A stretch of 64,000 bases of DNA. It comes from Botryllus schlosseri. Taxonomy: Eukaryota. How positions within the stretch are numbered: the first letter of the stretch is position 1; every line of letters begins with the position of its first letter. The notes under the pieces are model-generated. The model worked only from the letters and a program-made list of their open reading frames with translations. It had not been told where the DNA came from and made no database searches. Shown piece by piece: positions 22,976 to 36,674 of the stretch. A program made the position numbers and the translations under genes. Where the stretch lies: the NCBI GenBank assembly GCA_051294905.1, contig CM119378.1, positions 24,924,001-24,988,000 of the forward strand, written 5' to 3'.

Positions 22976-24996
22976 AAACGGGGGCGCAGACTAGATGACC
23001 TCATGGGGCCGTATCGCAACTCCGTCGTCAAAGCATCTCGATGGTGCAGGCGAAAAATAATATCATATCTCTCTCTCTCTCTCCATACACTTCTATTCTA
23101 TGGCATGAAAGGTACCCGTATTTCTCGAATAATAAAGGCAATTCAATGGAAATCCAAGTTTAGCATCGATATCACCGATTTAAAAATAGACAAGCAAAGG
23201 TGGTTGGTGATAACGTAGGTATATGTTTAGTATAATTGTCATTTATAGGCTCTAGCAGTCGAACATTTTCTCTGGGTCAGCTATAATATGGCCTTTCTTA
23301 TGCTAATGGTTTACATGGAATATTCATCGCACATAAAGTCAAATATGTGAGATGACATCTCTGAGTGCACGCATTGGCTCATTTCCGTGCCCTATGGTGT
23401 TATTGCTCCATTTCAGTATTGTTACTGTAACGTTTCCTGTTTACGGTGAGATTACAATAACTAAAACCAGCAATTTACTCGCCAGTTCGTGCGTGTTGAA
23501 AGGTATAATGGGCAATTTTTACAGATTACATAACTAAATCTATAATAAAGGGAGGGGATAGTTATAAGGTTCAATTGTTTTATATTAGCTCATCAGGGCC
23601 GGAACAGCACTTTGTCCGCTCACCAAACCCTGTTCTTAGGCCCACATTAGGCCCACATAGGCTGTTCAACTTATATTCTGAGCCTCTTAGATCTAGTGAT
23701 TTTTAGGAAGTTCTAGAAATCTCTGTTTAGATCCCCCTTATTTCATCATTACCCTTATACATACGATTCACAAACATGCACGCACACTTTTCACACAGAC
23801 CCAAGTTTGGTATCAAGTTATTCACGAACGAGATGGAATAGGTAATGGCGATCGCCAGAGTTATCAATGCATTTCTATCGGAACACTACGCATTCGTTTT
23901 GTAGTCAGGCGAACTTTTTATCATCTGTCAGCCCACGAGATCAAATTTACCCGCCGGGGGATGTCTTCGAAAATTTAAGGCAGCCTTTGCGCATCAGTAG
24001 CCATGTTCAAGCCACAAGCTTAAGCCTATTAATGCTCCGAAGTGTCCGTGTGTAATAGCTCTGCGCAGGCAGGTTACAAAGCACACCCCTAGACTAAAAA
24101 GCCTACCAAGGCCTCCTCCAACGGTCTCGTCATCATATCAGTAATATACCGATCTCTTCTGATCGTGAATACAGTTAGACTCGTTTCTGTACAATATGCT
24201 TGTTATCTATTGTTTAATTATTATATTAATGTTCGGGGGCATGGTACACATAATAAAATCATGAACTAATCGCGCGAAGCGTGAAGAAGAATTCAAGTTG
24301 AATAACTGGACCCTAAAAAATTCTACTTTACGGTGATTTACGAAATGATTATGGGCCCTCCGTGCTTTTCAGCTCTAATTGGGGGTTTTGGGGTGCGGCA
24401 TTTAAAGGTGCCATGTAGGTCATTCACTACACGCATAGCAAGATATAATACTAACTAAGGAAGGGCATAAGTCGATGAAGACGCCATTACGCTTGATTTA
24501 CAGTCATTGCGGCGTATAGCCAGGATGGATTTTTTCGCATGGGCGAATGATATTTAATAATGACGTCACGTCACGAACATTAATATTTACGTAATAAGAA
24601 TTAATGTCTTCTCAGTGTTCCCGTCGGAGATTTGGAGGGGAAATTGTCGTCTTTTTCCCCTTGGGCTACGTTCCTGCTTGCAGTATTTTAATAGTTCAAT
24701 AATAGTTCTATTTGTACAGTAGCCTATCATGTCGCTACTCTTCCAAGGTCGCTCATGTCCGATATATCCTAGTATATACGATTTTGTCGTCACATGTTTT
24801 GCTGACAAAACTATCTTCGCAATTTTACTGACTCTTTCACTAATTGTTTGACTATTTGTTAATATTTGACTCACTGCGGCGTTACCACTAATATCAATCG
24901 ACATTATACTGTGTCATGATTGTTTCAGTCATCTTTGGAAACCCTTTGAATGGATTCTATACCACTTCAAGCCCAGCAACAAGAAAGCAATCTCAC

Positions 24997-25134
24997 CGCC
25001 ATGTACTCCATCAAGTCGATGGTACCAGTAGCGTCCTTGTCGATATCCGTCATGATTTGCTTGACTTCTTTCTTTGTTGTCATGTAGTGTCCCTGCTTTT
25101 CCAATACTTTTTCCAGTTCAGTTTCATCGATCGT
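24997..25134 (-). CDS. EF-hand protein exon: TIDETELEKVLEKQGHYMTTKKEVKQIMTDIDKDATGTIDLMEYMA
   Basis: 138 nt, phase 0-0, donor |gtgaga. Completes EF loop 1 and contains loop 2 DKDATGTIDLME. The acceptor has a weak pyrimidine tract. Confidence 0.9.
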
Positions 25135-27878
25135 CTACCTTACGAACATTTAGAATTATTTCTTGGGGATTGTAAATCGCAATATTTTGGGTCACTGGAG
25201 CACAGAGAAGTCTTTGATTACTACTAGGCTACTACTGTAGTCGTATTCGAGGGATATTTTCAGGCGACAAAATCATTATAGGCGTCCAGCCGTCAATGGT
25301 AGAATGAACTACAATTGCTTAATCTGTCTCGCTTTCTATTCAAACAAAGTAAGTTGCAACTGTTTGAATAAATTTTTCGGGATGCAGAAGATACAAACCT
25401 ATGATACTGATGATAGTGCAAATGCCGATAGAGAGTGACATCTTGCGAATTGCAGAGAGCGCCTGATTCGATTTGAATACTACTTCAGCAAGTTGTTGGA
25501 ACCGATTTTGGTTCGAAGCCTGTCCGCTGCTGAACACTGAACACTGAACAGTGTAGACTTGTCTCCACGTGTCATATAAAATTACACACCTTGTTTCAAC
25601 CGGATATCCGGTATAGGCCCCAATTATGTATTGTATATATTCCGCAAGCTGCTGCGTGTGGAGCATGAAATTACTCCACATGACACTGTATATCCGGGAT
25701 TGAGCGTGAGCATGAGCATGAGCATTCATCGTGCATCTGACACAAGGGCATCATTGGTGTGTGAAATGACAACGCGATAAGTCATGGTGTACAACCATAT
25801 GAAGTGGGTTAAAATAGCCCACTTTATCATCTATTTATTAACTGTTGTGTTATTCATTTAGTCCGTTAGGTTCCATATATTACAAATAGTTGCAACCAGC
25901 CCGCATCGGAAACTATCGTATAGCTTGAATCAAATTTGAAACATGATCGCAACTCTATTGTTCGTATACTTCCTATTGTCTGACTTCACCTGGTCTTGAT
26001 ACGGCGAGATTCATCTGTGAGAACAAAGCCGCTCCGATTTTTCCCATACGATAACTATACCAACGTCTTGGCGTAATACAAAAATGCGTGCCAACGCCAA
26101 TTGCTCTCTGGTGAAAATATTCATTTATATGTTGGTACTTTGACATGGCATGGGGAGAATCTGACTTGTTCAAACTAGTAGAGTGGGAACTAATGACTGC
26201 AACTAACTAACTAAAAGGAATAACTAACTATAGATTTATTTCTAAGGAAACCCTGTGGTATCGAACCGATTCAAGAACGACTCTGCATCGAGTCGTAACC
26301 ACCACAATATTGAACTTAGTATATCCCACACTATAAGGTCGGTAAAAATCGAGATTGGAATACTAGGCTATCGCTATACATGTTGTTGGAAATATGTCAA
26401 TTGAACCGTGAACCGCACTAGCGAGCATGGGCTACTATACTAGGCCCCGGTGGTACTAAATATTCTAGTGACACCGCACGGAATCGGAGGTTCGATGTCG
26501 TTACGTCATCTACTGGAAATGGTCACCTTGTAAAAGTGAAATACTTATTTTACAGTGACTGTGGTGACGGTTGCGGAATATTAATATAGTAAACTAACTT
26601 TAAAACCGCCCGAAACTAATAATTATTTCGTAACGACACGAACACGGATCAGATGTCACAAAATAAAGTAAAACAAAGGGAATCGGTATAAATATGATAC
26701 CCCATATAGTATTGGGTGCCGTAGAAACTGATATTTGACGTCGCATACTTGTTTAACTCTATAGTTTCAGGGTGCGAGGACGCAGGGTCATATTCTGTAA
26801 GCAGTGGATCTCAACCATTTTGACCTCGCGGACCGGTAATCTTCAAGAAAGTTGCGGACCGGTGAGCTTTCAAAAACCAAAATTCACTCTTTAATCACGA
26901 CAAATACCTACAACTTAAATGTAACACCGGAAACTTCATTTAATAGCGTCTTTTTGATATTATTTATATGTGGTTCACTTGAAGTTTCTGCAAGGCGAAG
27001 CGCGCGAAGTCCTGTAGAACCAATAATGAATTGTGCATCAACAACAGTGTCAAAAGAACAAAACCAGTAAACACGATTTTAATACGAAATAAGAATACGA
27101 TAATGAATATTTGCTCAAATCCAGTGTGACTTCTGCTGTATGAGTCGGGTGTATGTTTCGACCTCCAACGAACCACCGAGACTGACGGAGCGAACCCCGC
27201 TTACGCGCCAATGACCAACAGACAACGCTTAATGGCTTACTGCAATTTTAGAATTAGCATTTTGTAGCATATATGGTATATTTTTCCAGGGGGTCTCACT
27301 AACGCGGTACTTTTACTTATTCTGATTACTTGATACGGTTTTGCGTTCTTGCACCACTTACTCAAGTCTTGAGAATACTCTGGACTTTGGTGAATATCAC
27401 TACCAGACACGAAATTGGAGCAGATAACATATATCGCCGAATAACTTATACTTGTCCGCATTTGACAGTATCTTGAATGCCGTCCAAGCCATATTGATCT
27501 GGTATAGTCCGTACCAATGAAATCATTGCTGGGGAATATTTGTCGTGAAATGTTTCTATGCTTTCGTTTTAATTCTGATCGTTGTATTTTATTCGGAATT
27601 TTTCCATGTTATTGCGAATTTAGTAATTCTAAATTTGGTCTAATTACAAAAAAACTGTTGTTGTTGATTGTGGTATTCATGGTGTTTTGTCGACTACGAT
27701 AGTCATTGACACCAGGCCGATATACAAAAAACCGTGTAGCTGTAATTCTAACTCTAAACTAGATTGGAAAAGCGTAAAATTTTCTGTCTTGGATGAAACG
27801 TATCAAAATAAAACGGCAATGTGACACGTGAAAAAGTATTTCATTTCTTGTGAGTAATAGTCAAAAATCATAACTTAC

Positions 27879-27968
27879 ACCGTCACCGTTCGTATCCGCT
27901 TCCCAAAATATCTTCTCCGACTCCAAAATGACAGAGAATTTCAACTCGGGAAAACGTTTCGCAATGTC
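27879..27968 (-). CDS. EF-hand protein exon: DIAKRFPELKFSVILESEKIFWEADTNGDG
   Basis: cttcgcattcag| ... |gtaagt. Splicing to the next exon creates the canonical loop DTNGDGTIDETE. Confidence 0.92.
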
Positions 27969-28258
27969 CTGAATGCGAAGATTAATTCTATTAGATCGCG
28001 TAACGGTGCTCCACCTCCTTAGCGGAAAGAGTGTGCGTTCACACCCAAATGGTTGCACACGAAAAGGAAGCCATCTCACAATTATACGACGGTCTAAATC
28101 AGTGGTTCCCAACGTGGGAGATATCGACCCCCTGGAAATGCTGTGCAGTCGCGAACAAGTCTAGTGAAACCTTCGATCAGCAGTAAACACCAAGGGAGTG
28201 GGTTTTCTGAATATTAACGTAGGTTCTGTTATCGTGTAACACCTTCTGGTGTGAATAC

Positions 28259-28560
28259 CAGGGTTATAATGACTCGAGTCAAAACACGAGTCGCGATTTT
28301 TGGTAACTCGACTAGACTCGCGTCATTTTTTCAAATGCGTAAAAGTACTCGCCTCGAGTCAATTTTGTAATGACTCGACTTGTACGCGACTTGTACCCGA
28401 TTCATTCACTCTAACCAAGTCACATGACTCGAGACTAGGACGGTCAAGACAAACATTCCATTACAACTTGGAACAATAGTAAAGTTACCACATGGTTGGT
28501 ACTCCGTCTACCAGCCTTGATACTGGGGAAATAGGGCCATATTCCGTCAGGACTGAGATG
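28259..28560 (+). repeat. gactcgagtc-rich dispersed repeat (MITE-like); copies at about 13980-14070, 20170-20339, 28600-28825, 30350-30620, 42520-42730
   Basis: Multiple GACTCGAGTC/TGACTCG motifs. 28400-28500 is nearly identical to 30480-30590; 28600-28800 resembles 42520-42720. Confidence 0.8.
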
Positions 28561-28821
28561 AATTACGATATTATGAATGCGCGCCAATCTAAATCACTCG
28601 AGTAGAGTTGAAAAATGTGGGCTGGACCGGATTGAACTGAAAACTGAAAACTGAACATTGAATACAATGACTTGTACTCAGATTCGAGTTAAAACACGAT
28701 GACTCGGACTCGACCGTCTGCTCACTGACTTGGACTAGGACTTGACTCGGTGAATTGAAAATGAATTGAAAATGACTCGACTTGACTTGTGACTCGGAAC
28801 CTCGTGATATGCTTACAACCA

Positions 28822-29030
28822 GGGCTGTGGAGTACGTAAATTTTACCACCGGTTCCGACTCCAGACATATTCACTAAACCGACTCCAACTCCGACTCTGA
28901 CTCCACACATTTTCAATATACAGACTCGAACTATGACTCCGACTCCTGAGTCTTTGAACGCACCGACTCCGACTATTATCTTTAGAGAACTCCGACTCTG
29001 ACTCCAACAGTATTACCAATTTACTTCGAA
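28822..29030 (+). repeat. gactcc-hexamer array starting at a cagggctgtggagt terminus
   Basis: About 10 ccgactcc/gactcc units; no matching right terminus identified. Confidence 0.65.
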
Positions 29031-29758
29031 AACTATATGCCACAGCGACGGTTAAATGACTTTTATACAACCATTAAAGATATGCAAACATATAATTTGA
29101 CTAACGCTGGCATGCAAAATTGTTTCATTGTGGCGCAGATCGAGTTATCCACTATGCAATCATTCAAATATGACATATTTCCAATCCTGTATAATTATAA
29201 TGTGGATAAAACAATCGAAGTGTAGCTCTTGAGTATAAGTCAGCAACTAACAATAACAATAATATGTAACTTAGTAATTTTCTCATTAAACACTATACTG
29301 ATTACAAGCACACAACTCGCACTACTAATAAACATTGATCTGAACTGGAATTTAGGAAGTAATCAAATAACATATGTCTAGTCTACATGCACTTTGTCAA
29401 GTAATCCGGGATTAGGACTTGCAGTCTTTCTTAATCATTTGTTTCACCAAAGTAGCTGAGCTACACTACAAATATTTTTAATTTTGTAGCTTGGGAAGCA
29501 GCGTTTGGTTATATTTGGATCAATTTTTCAAGTTTACAAAACCAACTGAATAGCAATTTTCAAACAATGTCCAATGTTATCATTACCGTTACTAATAACA
29601 GTGATTGATGGTCCATAAAAATCCTATTTTAGTTATTACAAGTAATTTACAGATACATTTGAAAGCATTTGTTTTCATAATAAAGAGATCGGAGTCGACG
29701 CTGGTGAATACACACTCTTTTCGCTAAGAATTCAGCTCATTCTGGCAGGTTGTTTTAC

Positions 29759-29941
29759 CTTGTATCTTTGTAGGTCGCTAGCCGCTCCTTCGTTCTCGTC
29801 TATATCGATGGAATCGGAGCATTTAGTGTCGACTGAATCTTGCTTCACCAACGCCAAAGTGTCTTTCTTCTTTTTGCTTTTCTTGGTTTTCTTCCCGGAT
29901 TTTCGGCCTACTTGTGGGGTTCTCGGGCCGGATTTGCCACT
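29759..29941 (-). CDS. EF-hand protein exon, Lys-rich then acidic: SGKSGPRTPQVGRKSGKKTKKSKKKKDTLALVKQDSVDTKCSDSIDIDENEGAASDLQRYK
   Basis: aacgtttcag| ... |gtaaaa; 183 nt, phase 0-0; open frame. Confidence 0.85.
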
Positions 29942-31302
29942 CTGAAACGTTTGATGTAAACCCACAGGTGGAAAATGGATGTATTTATAAGATTTCCGCC
30001 ATAGCGCGGGCTGCAAAATAGGTAAAACTCAGTTTCACGCACCAGATTGTGCTTTCCCAACCATTCAGACTGGCTCAAATGGGCTAAGTACACTAATTCT
30101 TATGGAAATTTATCCCAGGGGTGTAGTATATACCCGCACAGGCGTCTGATGCCAAAATGAGGAGGGTGTGCCGCTGTTCAAAAGTTCTAGGACAGGTACG
30201 TTCTGATTAGTTCGAAAATAATTCATCATCTTTTACCAACATAGACTCGTGTAAAATTACATACATCTGTTGAAGAAACGGTTCCTAACCTCATGAGGTT
30301 GTTTGCCTATAATCTCTGGGAAGTCGCCAGGTTGTTTGTAATGACCCAAGTGATGACTCAACTCGAGTCCGACTTCGGTCGCGATTTTTTGGTGAATCGA
30401 CTCGAATCGAGTCATTTTTTCGAATGCGTAAAATGACTCGACTCGACTCCAGTCCATTTTTGTATAGGCAGGACTTGTACTCGAGTAATTGTGCATGACT
30501 CGAACCAAGTCATATAACTCGAGACTAGGACGGCTAAGACAGACATTTCATTGTAACTTCGAAGAATAGTAAAGTTACCACATTATTGGTATTTTGTCTA
30601 TCAGTCATGATCAGTGATTCCCAAGTGCGGCCCCCAAAATATATTAAGAAATCGGTTTATGCCAAAAAATAAAATTTTTATTTATAAAATACTCTTGCTT
30701 GGCTTGACCTCTGTAGTTTTTAATTATAGAATTGCAGGAAAGTTGTGAGTATAGACTGCTAACGTTATGTCACTGCTGTTTCAATGCAATGTGCCCTAAC
30801 TTTCCAGTTGAACGAGAAGTAGCTATAGATATAAATAGGTATTGATAACTTTCAAAACCGGAAGAAAATCCTGAAAAAATGGTAAATTTTTCACACTTCG
30901 TGGCTGCTTGACTAAAAAAGAAAAAGAGGCTTAACTCCCGGAAAATACAGTTTTTCTTTCACATTAACAGGTGGTTGACTGAAAAAAAGGTCAACTTTCC
31001 GGTCCGGCTCCCGAAATAGCCGCCGTAGCGTTCCCACAGTGCTGACTTGATGTATATCAGTCGAATTATGTCCAATATGTAACCAAAATCCTCAAAAAAG
31101 AAGACAAAATCTCAAAAAAGAAGACATTTGGTCGTCCACCGAGGACACATTAAAAAAATCACAAAAGAGGACAGATGACCTTAAAAGAGGACGTATGGTA
31201 ACCCTATGATAACTAGATGTGCAACACGTTACTCACGGTTGAATACGCCGGGATGCATACTGCTTAGCCGGCTAAAAGCAGCATAATTGGTAGTCCTATA
31301 GT

Positions 31303-32340
31303 CAGGGCCGTAACTGCCGCACCCCAAACTCCCCAATTTAGGGGGGGCGAGTTCGAGGGGGCCCAAAATTATTTCGTGAATTAGCATAAATTATAGAGTA
31401 TTTTTTGAAAATTTATGCAACTTTATCAAAAAATTTTCGCCCTATGCGCGATTTCAATTCGCCACATATCTTGATTATTGGGTACTTTCCCCAAGAAAAA
31501 ATACGCAAGATTTATAGAAATGGGCATATCAGCGTTGGCCATGACCGCACCACAACGCACCAAGACATATAATGTTCTAGGCCATGTAACATGTGACTCC
31601 AAGAAGTGTGTCAGAACGATCGGCAGCGAGAAAGCCTTGGCCGTAAAGGACTGCTTTTATGCTGACTAAAAACTTCGAAATACCAAAAACTTCGTTATAT
31701 ATACAAAATACAGATAGGTATAATTGTCCATATAGGCGCCTAAATGACTGGCGCCGAATGTTCTTGTCTTGGCAATCTAAACCTCACAAGACAAATACCA
31801 TCCCGCAGGAAATAAAATTATATGCCAGTGAAGAAATTCCAATCTGAAATCGTGTGATCTTTCAGTTTAGCAGGTTTGGGCAATTCTACATTTTTTGATA
31901 TAGCGGACAGGAGGTCACAAAATAACATGTAAATAAGTCATACTTAGGGGTTCGACCGCCCGAAGATGTTTAATTTTACGGGGTCTGCAGTTTCAAAGAC
32001 ACCTCTCACTCAGCTCTACCGGTAAATCTGATTACGTGGGCAAAGAGGACAACCATGCAATTCCCGATCTTATTCACCGATTTTATCATGAATTATCGAA
32101 ATATTAACGCGTCGCGCTGTCTCACTAAACAGAACAACTTTATTTTCGCGGAAAAGGCGAACAACGTGATGCGGGGTAAGTTTATCACCCTATGGGAGCC
32201 CGGGGTCCTGACGAAGTGCTGTTACGTTCCTGCCAACGAGTATACCCCCGTAGATGTTTAATTACTATTGAGGGGACCTATACCTTTTCAAACCCACCTC
32301 ATTCAGTTCTACCGGTAAATCAGATTGCGTGAACAGAGAC
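31303..32340 (-). mobile_element. Partial copy of the CAGGGCCGTAAC hAT-like MITE family
   Basis: Reverse complement matches 60090-61114 (terminus plus internal duplicated ctctaccggtaaatc block). Confidence 0.8.
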
Positions 32341-32359
32341 AGGATGGAAATTGATATCA

Positions 32360-32530
32360 ATACCAGACATGGGGTGATTACTTTATGAATGTAATCGATT
32401 GCGATTACGATTACTTCGGAATCACGCGATTACGATTACGATTACAGCAAAATCAGGAAGTAGTCGATTACGATTACGATTACATTGAAAAAGTAATCAC
32501 GATTACTCACGATTACATTTATTTTGCTTA
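32360..32530 (+). repeat. cgatta-repeat element; inverted copy at about 41940-42117
   Basis: cagacatggg start and cgattacgatta runs; the reverse complement ends cccatgtctg at 42117. Confidence 0.8.
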
Positions 32531-32682
32531 GGACTATAATCTTAAATGATATATCGGAAGACAATAAAAGGATTGCGATGAAAAGGCTTAATGAGATATC
32601 AACTTTCTTCATACATCATGCGTCATCTGCTTATTACGTCATAATATACCAATTGCCCAACCTTATAGTGGATGATTTATTA

Positions 32683-35600
32683 TAGATAACTAAGGTAAAC
32701 CGTAGATGTGACACTCGCGAGCATCACGTAACGTCACGCTCCAATTATACTCTACGGTACTGTTGTTGTTTTGCTTGGCGCTTATGCAGCAGGAGGCAGA
32801 TTTCAGCATTAGGATGGTAATATCTATCCATGGGGTATGTTTAGCGAGTAGCTGCTCCGTATGGTTACTAACCCAGCTTATTGGATCCATGCTACACAAT
32901 CTGTGCTAGGAAAACGAGCAATCGAATACAATTTTAAAGTCAATAAATACGGCTGCCCAAAGCAGATTTCCAGTATCTCAAGATTGAAGTTCCTTGGTGT
33001 AAGGTGTCGCATTGAAAGTGATGACTCCGACGTGTAATAATCTATCCGCATTTCAGCTGACGCGGTCTCGATCCCTTCAAATTCTGTAGATACCGGTATG
33101 TTGCTTAACATGGAATCACGCCGTATCTAATAACAATAGGAATTTTTATTACTTGACAGACGATTATTTGTTTGAATCTAATTGCAACTGTTGCGACTTG
33201 GCCTAGACAGGCAGATTTGATTGAGACTACTCACTGCTGATCTTATTCAATATCTGCTGAATAATGTACAATGATATGGAGGACAGGAGGGTGACGACAA
33301 GGACGCAAGTGGCAACTGGTGATAAGACTCTGGAACCTAGTGCATTGCTCAGAATAGCCACAATACTACTGCCTACCATCTATCTTCATTCAATAAGTCT
33401 GTAATGGAATACGGCTGTCCCAATGCGGCAAGCAGAAGATTGATGGAAGTCGGTGTGAATTTCAGTCGAAGCAGGTGATGACGCAGAAGCATTCCACGCA
33501 TGGGACTATTTCTATGAAAGTTTATCAAGGATCAAATTTATCAAACGTTTTGCTCGGCACAATGAAGCTAATGAGTCCAGTCAAAGAAGAAGAAACTTTA
33601 AGGGGGAAAATTTGGTGCGTTGTGAGCAAAAGTCCTCAGTACATTGCACGGGCACTTTCAACAACACACGTGGCCCTCTCGGAGAAGAACACCGCGGTTT
33701 GGAAATTGTAAAATCTGCAATGCAATTTCCAACCACGTGGCTCCTTCATTTCATTTATGAAGAGGAAGGCTTGGCCAAATATTCATATTTTGGAGGCAAA
33801 CAAACCCGATACTGAAGTAGAAATGATGTTAATTTCATCTCAAACACGAGTAAAAGTAGCGATTTCCAATAAGGCAAAAATTTGTTATTCTAGGCTGAGT
33901 TTAGAAGTAGTCAAATATCATAACCATGCTAGTAAGTCTTACAAGTAGGTTACTTGAGTACTTTGAAAAAGTAGAAGTATTTCGTCACTATCCACCTGTT
34001 GGAATCTGCCAAAATATATCCGACTGTGACATAACCAGCAGTTCATGTGTTTCTGTTTTTATGTGCCATATTTCGTGATTTATTTTCTATATCATCATGA
34101 AGAAGGAAGCAATAAAATGCGATTTTACCAAATTTGTCTCACCTGGGAGAGCCTAACAAGGATTAGAGAACCGAATCAATGGTCATAAGTCACAGCAGTA
34201 AGGGTGTGTCTGTATTTCCATCAAACCGAAATACATAACAAATAAGGTAGCATCAATAATGACATGGAAGATATAGCCACACATGTGCAATACTAGGATA
34301 GGAATGAGTGATGAGACCTTCGCATTCAACTTGTCGGATCACACCCACATCAAACATGTTGTACACTGTCTCATCTGATTGTATAAATAGTCGTAAACAT
34401 ATATGATTAGAATAATGTAAGGGTTAAATAGGTTAACAGTAATGATATGATGACAAGATGAAGATTTTCTACATCCATCATACGACTGTCCTAGTGTTCA
34501 CGGATATATGTTGTGACAGTGAATTACAAATTACCCTGAGTGGACAATAGATTTCGAGCCAGGTTACTATTAGATGCAGATAACTATAGATTTGCCCGTT
34601 GACAAGGATCTTGTAGTATGAGAGTGAAAATATTTGTGTGTAACTATTACCTTGTAGAATTCAATGCTTAATGAGGGTAGGTGACAATCTGGTACGTAGA
34701 GGTGCTCCTACATCTGAAAGCAGATGGGCTGCAAATCCCGCTGGTTGAACTGCATGTTTTGAAAATACTGGGTGTCAAAAATGTGGCAAATAGAAGCCGC
34801 CTTACGATAACAAATCACCCAGTTAAATTATGTCAAATGTGAAAAATCATTTCACTGACAGCTTAAACGATGAAATCGACATTGCGCTGATTTTATGGAG
34901 TTTGTGCTTCTGAGATAAATTCCAGCGGTGATTTGGATATCTGACTGTGGAGTTACGCTAGTCACTCCATCATGCAGACATTCACTGAGTCTCTTTGGCA
35001 AAGCTGTGCAATAATAGAGGGATCATCAATGATGTTACGTAGGTCTTATAACACACAAATTTCACAACCTTTAATTTCATCCTCTTCGACTGGACTCAGC
35101 ATCGTCATTTAGTTTCATTTTGTCGAGAAGAAACTTGGTCCTTGATAAATTTTCATAGAAATAGTCCCATGCATGAAATGCTTGGTGGGATCACCAGCTT
35201 TGACTAAAATTCGTACCAAATTCCATCAATCTTTCGGTTGTCGTATTCGGATAGCGTGATTCCATTACTGACTTCTTGAATGAAGATAGCTGGTAGGTGG
35301 TATGATAGTGACCCTTGTATAAATTTCATATCCAGCAACCACTTGCTTCTTTGCCATCATTGTCCTCTATGTCATTGGACATTATACAGCAGATAACATG
35401 GTCAGTGAGCAGTGACTTTCAATCAAATCCACCTTCATCGGCCAAGTCACAACGGTTACAACTAGATGCAAAGAATTTATCCTCTGTCAAGTATCAATAA
35501 TTCCTATTACTACAAGGCGCGATTCCATGCTAAGCGGCATAACGGTATCTACAGAATTTGAAGAGGCCGAGCCCGCGTCAAGTGAAATGCGGTTTCTTAT

Positions 35601-35973
35601 TCTGATTGATATTATACCAACACGTCATTAGTAGTATAATTACTTTCAATACGACACCTCGGAACTTCTATCGATAAAGAAACAAGAAACACGCTTCGGG
35701 CAGCCGTATTTAATGGCTTCAAAGTTGTATTCGATTGCTCGTTTTCCTAGCACAGATTGTGTAGCATGGATCCAACAACCTTGGTTAGTAACCATACGGA
35801 GCAGCTACTCGCTAAACATACCCCATGGATAGATATTACCATCCTAATGCTGAAATCTGCCTCCTGCTGCATAAGCGCCAAGCAAAACAACAACAGTGCC
35901 GTAGAGTATAATTGGAGCGTGACGTTACGTAATGCTCGCGAGTGTCGCATCTACGGTTTACCTTAGTTATCTA
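32683..35973. mobile_element. 3.3-kb element with long terminal inverted repeats (DNA transposon, superfamily uncertain)
   Basis: 32683-32960 is nearly identical to the reverse complement of 35700-35973, and looser inverted similarity continues to about 33600/35080. Termini TAGATAAC...GTTATCTA, flanked by TA on both sides. Confidence 0.85.
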
Positions 35974-36219
35974 TAGATTTATCGCATCCAACGATTTGCA
36001 TTATTGCCAGGTCTTTACCTGCCGCACCCCAAATTCCTTAATAGGGTGGGGAGCGTGCTCGAAGGGGACTCAAAAGTATTTCGTAAACCAACATAAATTA
36101 TAGAGTATTTTCGAGAATTTAATTAATTCTTGAAAATGTTCTTGGAGCTTTGCGATTCTACTGTCTCTAGTACAGGGGTCATTAACGCGGACCAAATGAG
36201 TCGCCCGCTGTCGCTGTAG

Positions 36220-36670
36220 TGCTGGTGGCTTTTGGGGCGGGCGAGGTGGGCGGTCGCCGGGGGGCCCCCTGGTCGAAGGGCTCCCCTATTTCGATTATGC
36301 GCTTTTTTCAAGGATAATAACGAATAAACATGGAAATCCGTGTCAAGCAAGAATAGGATTCCGTACAGATGTGTCAATCATCATCAAATCTCTGCATTTA
36401 TTAGAAAAGTACCATATCCCGATAATCATCACGTCTCTGCATGCGGTAGAATTACTTAGTTTTGATGTAGTCTATCCTTGCACACATGAAACATAGACAT
36501 GGCCGAATCCAGCACCTGGCCAAACCTTGATAGATAGATAATAATAACAGTTGCGAAAGGGGGGTCTGGGGGGCGAAGCCCCCATAAGTTACGGATAGAT
36601 ACTTATAGGGGCCCCTCGGTAAGTCTCGCCCAGCCCCAGCCCCCCCTCCCCGTTCGTAGGGCCACCACTG
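36220..36670 (+). mobile_element. Deletion derivative of the 38061-41628 hAT element, nested in the MITE above
   Basis: Exact TSD cgctgtag (36212-36219, 36671-36678). Ends ggtggcttttgggg...ggccaccactg and internal ccagcacctgg are shared with 38061-41628. Confidence 0.88.
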
Positions 36671-36674
36671 CGCT

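Noticed and set aside
23570-23600. CTGATGA on the minus strand resembling another hammerhead
   Set aside because: No GAAA and no closing stem III/UH site. The CAGGGCC part is the terminus of a MITE.
28259-29030. Regularly recurring gactcg/gactcc motifs as a CRISPR-like array
   Set aside because: Units are 6-10 nt with irregular spacing and no constant repeat-spacer period; the context is a eukaryotic dispersed repeat.
32690-32899. Duplicated 69-aa ORF MCSMDP... (also 35757-35966)
   Set aside because: It is simply the terminal inverted repeat of the 32683-35973 element.
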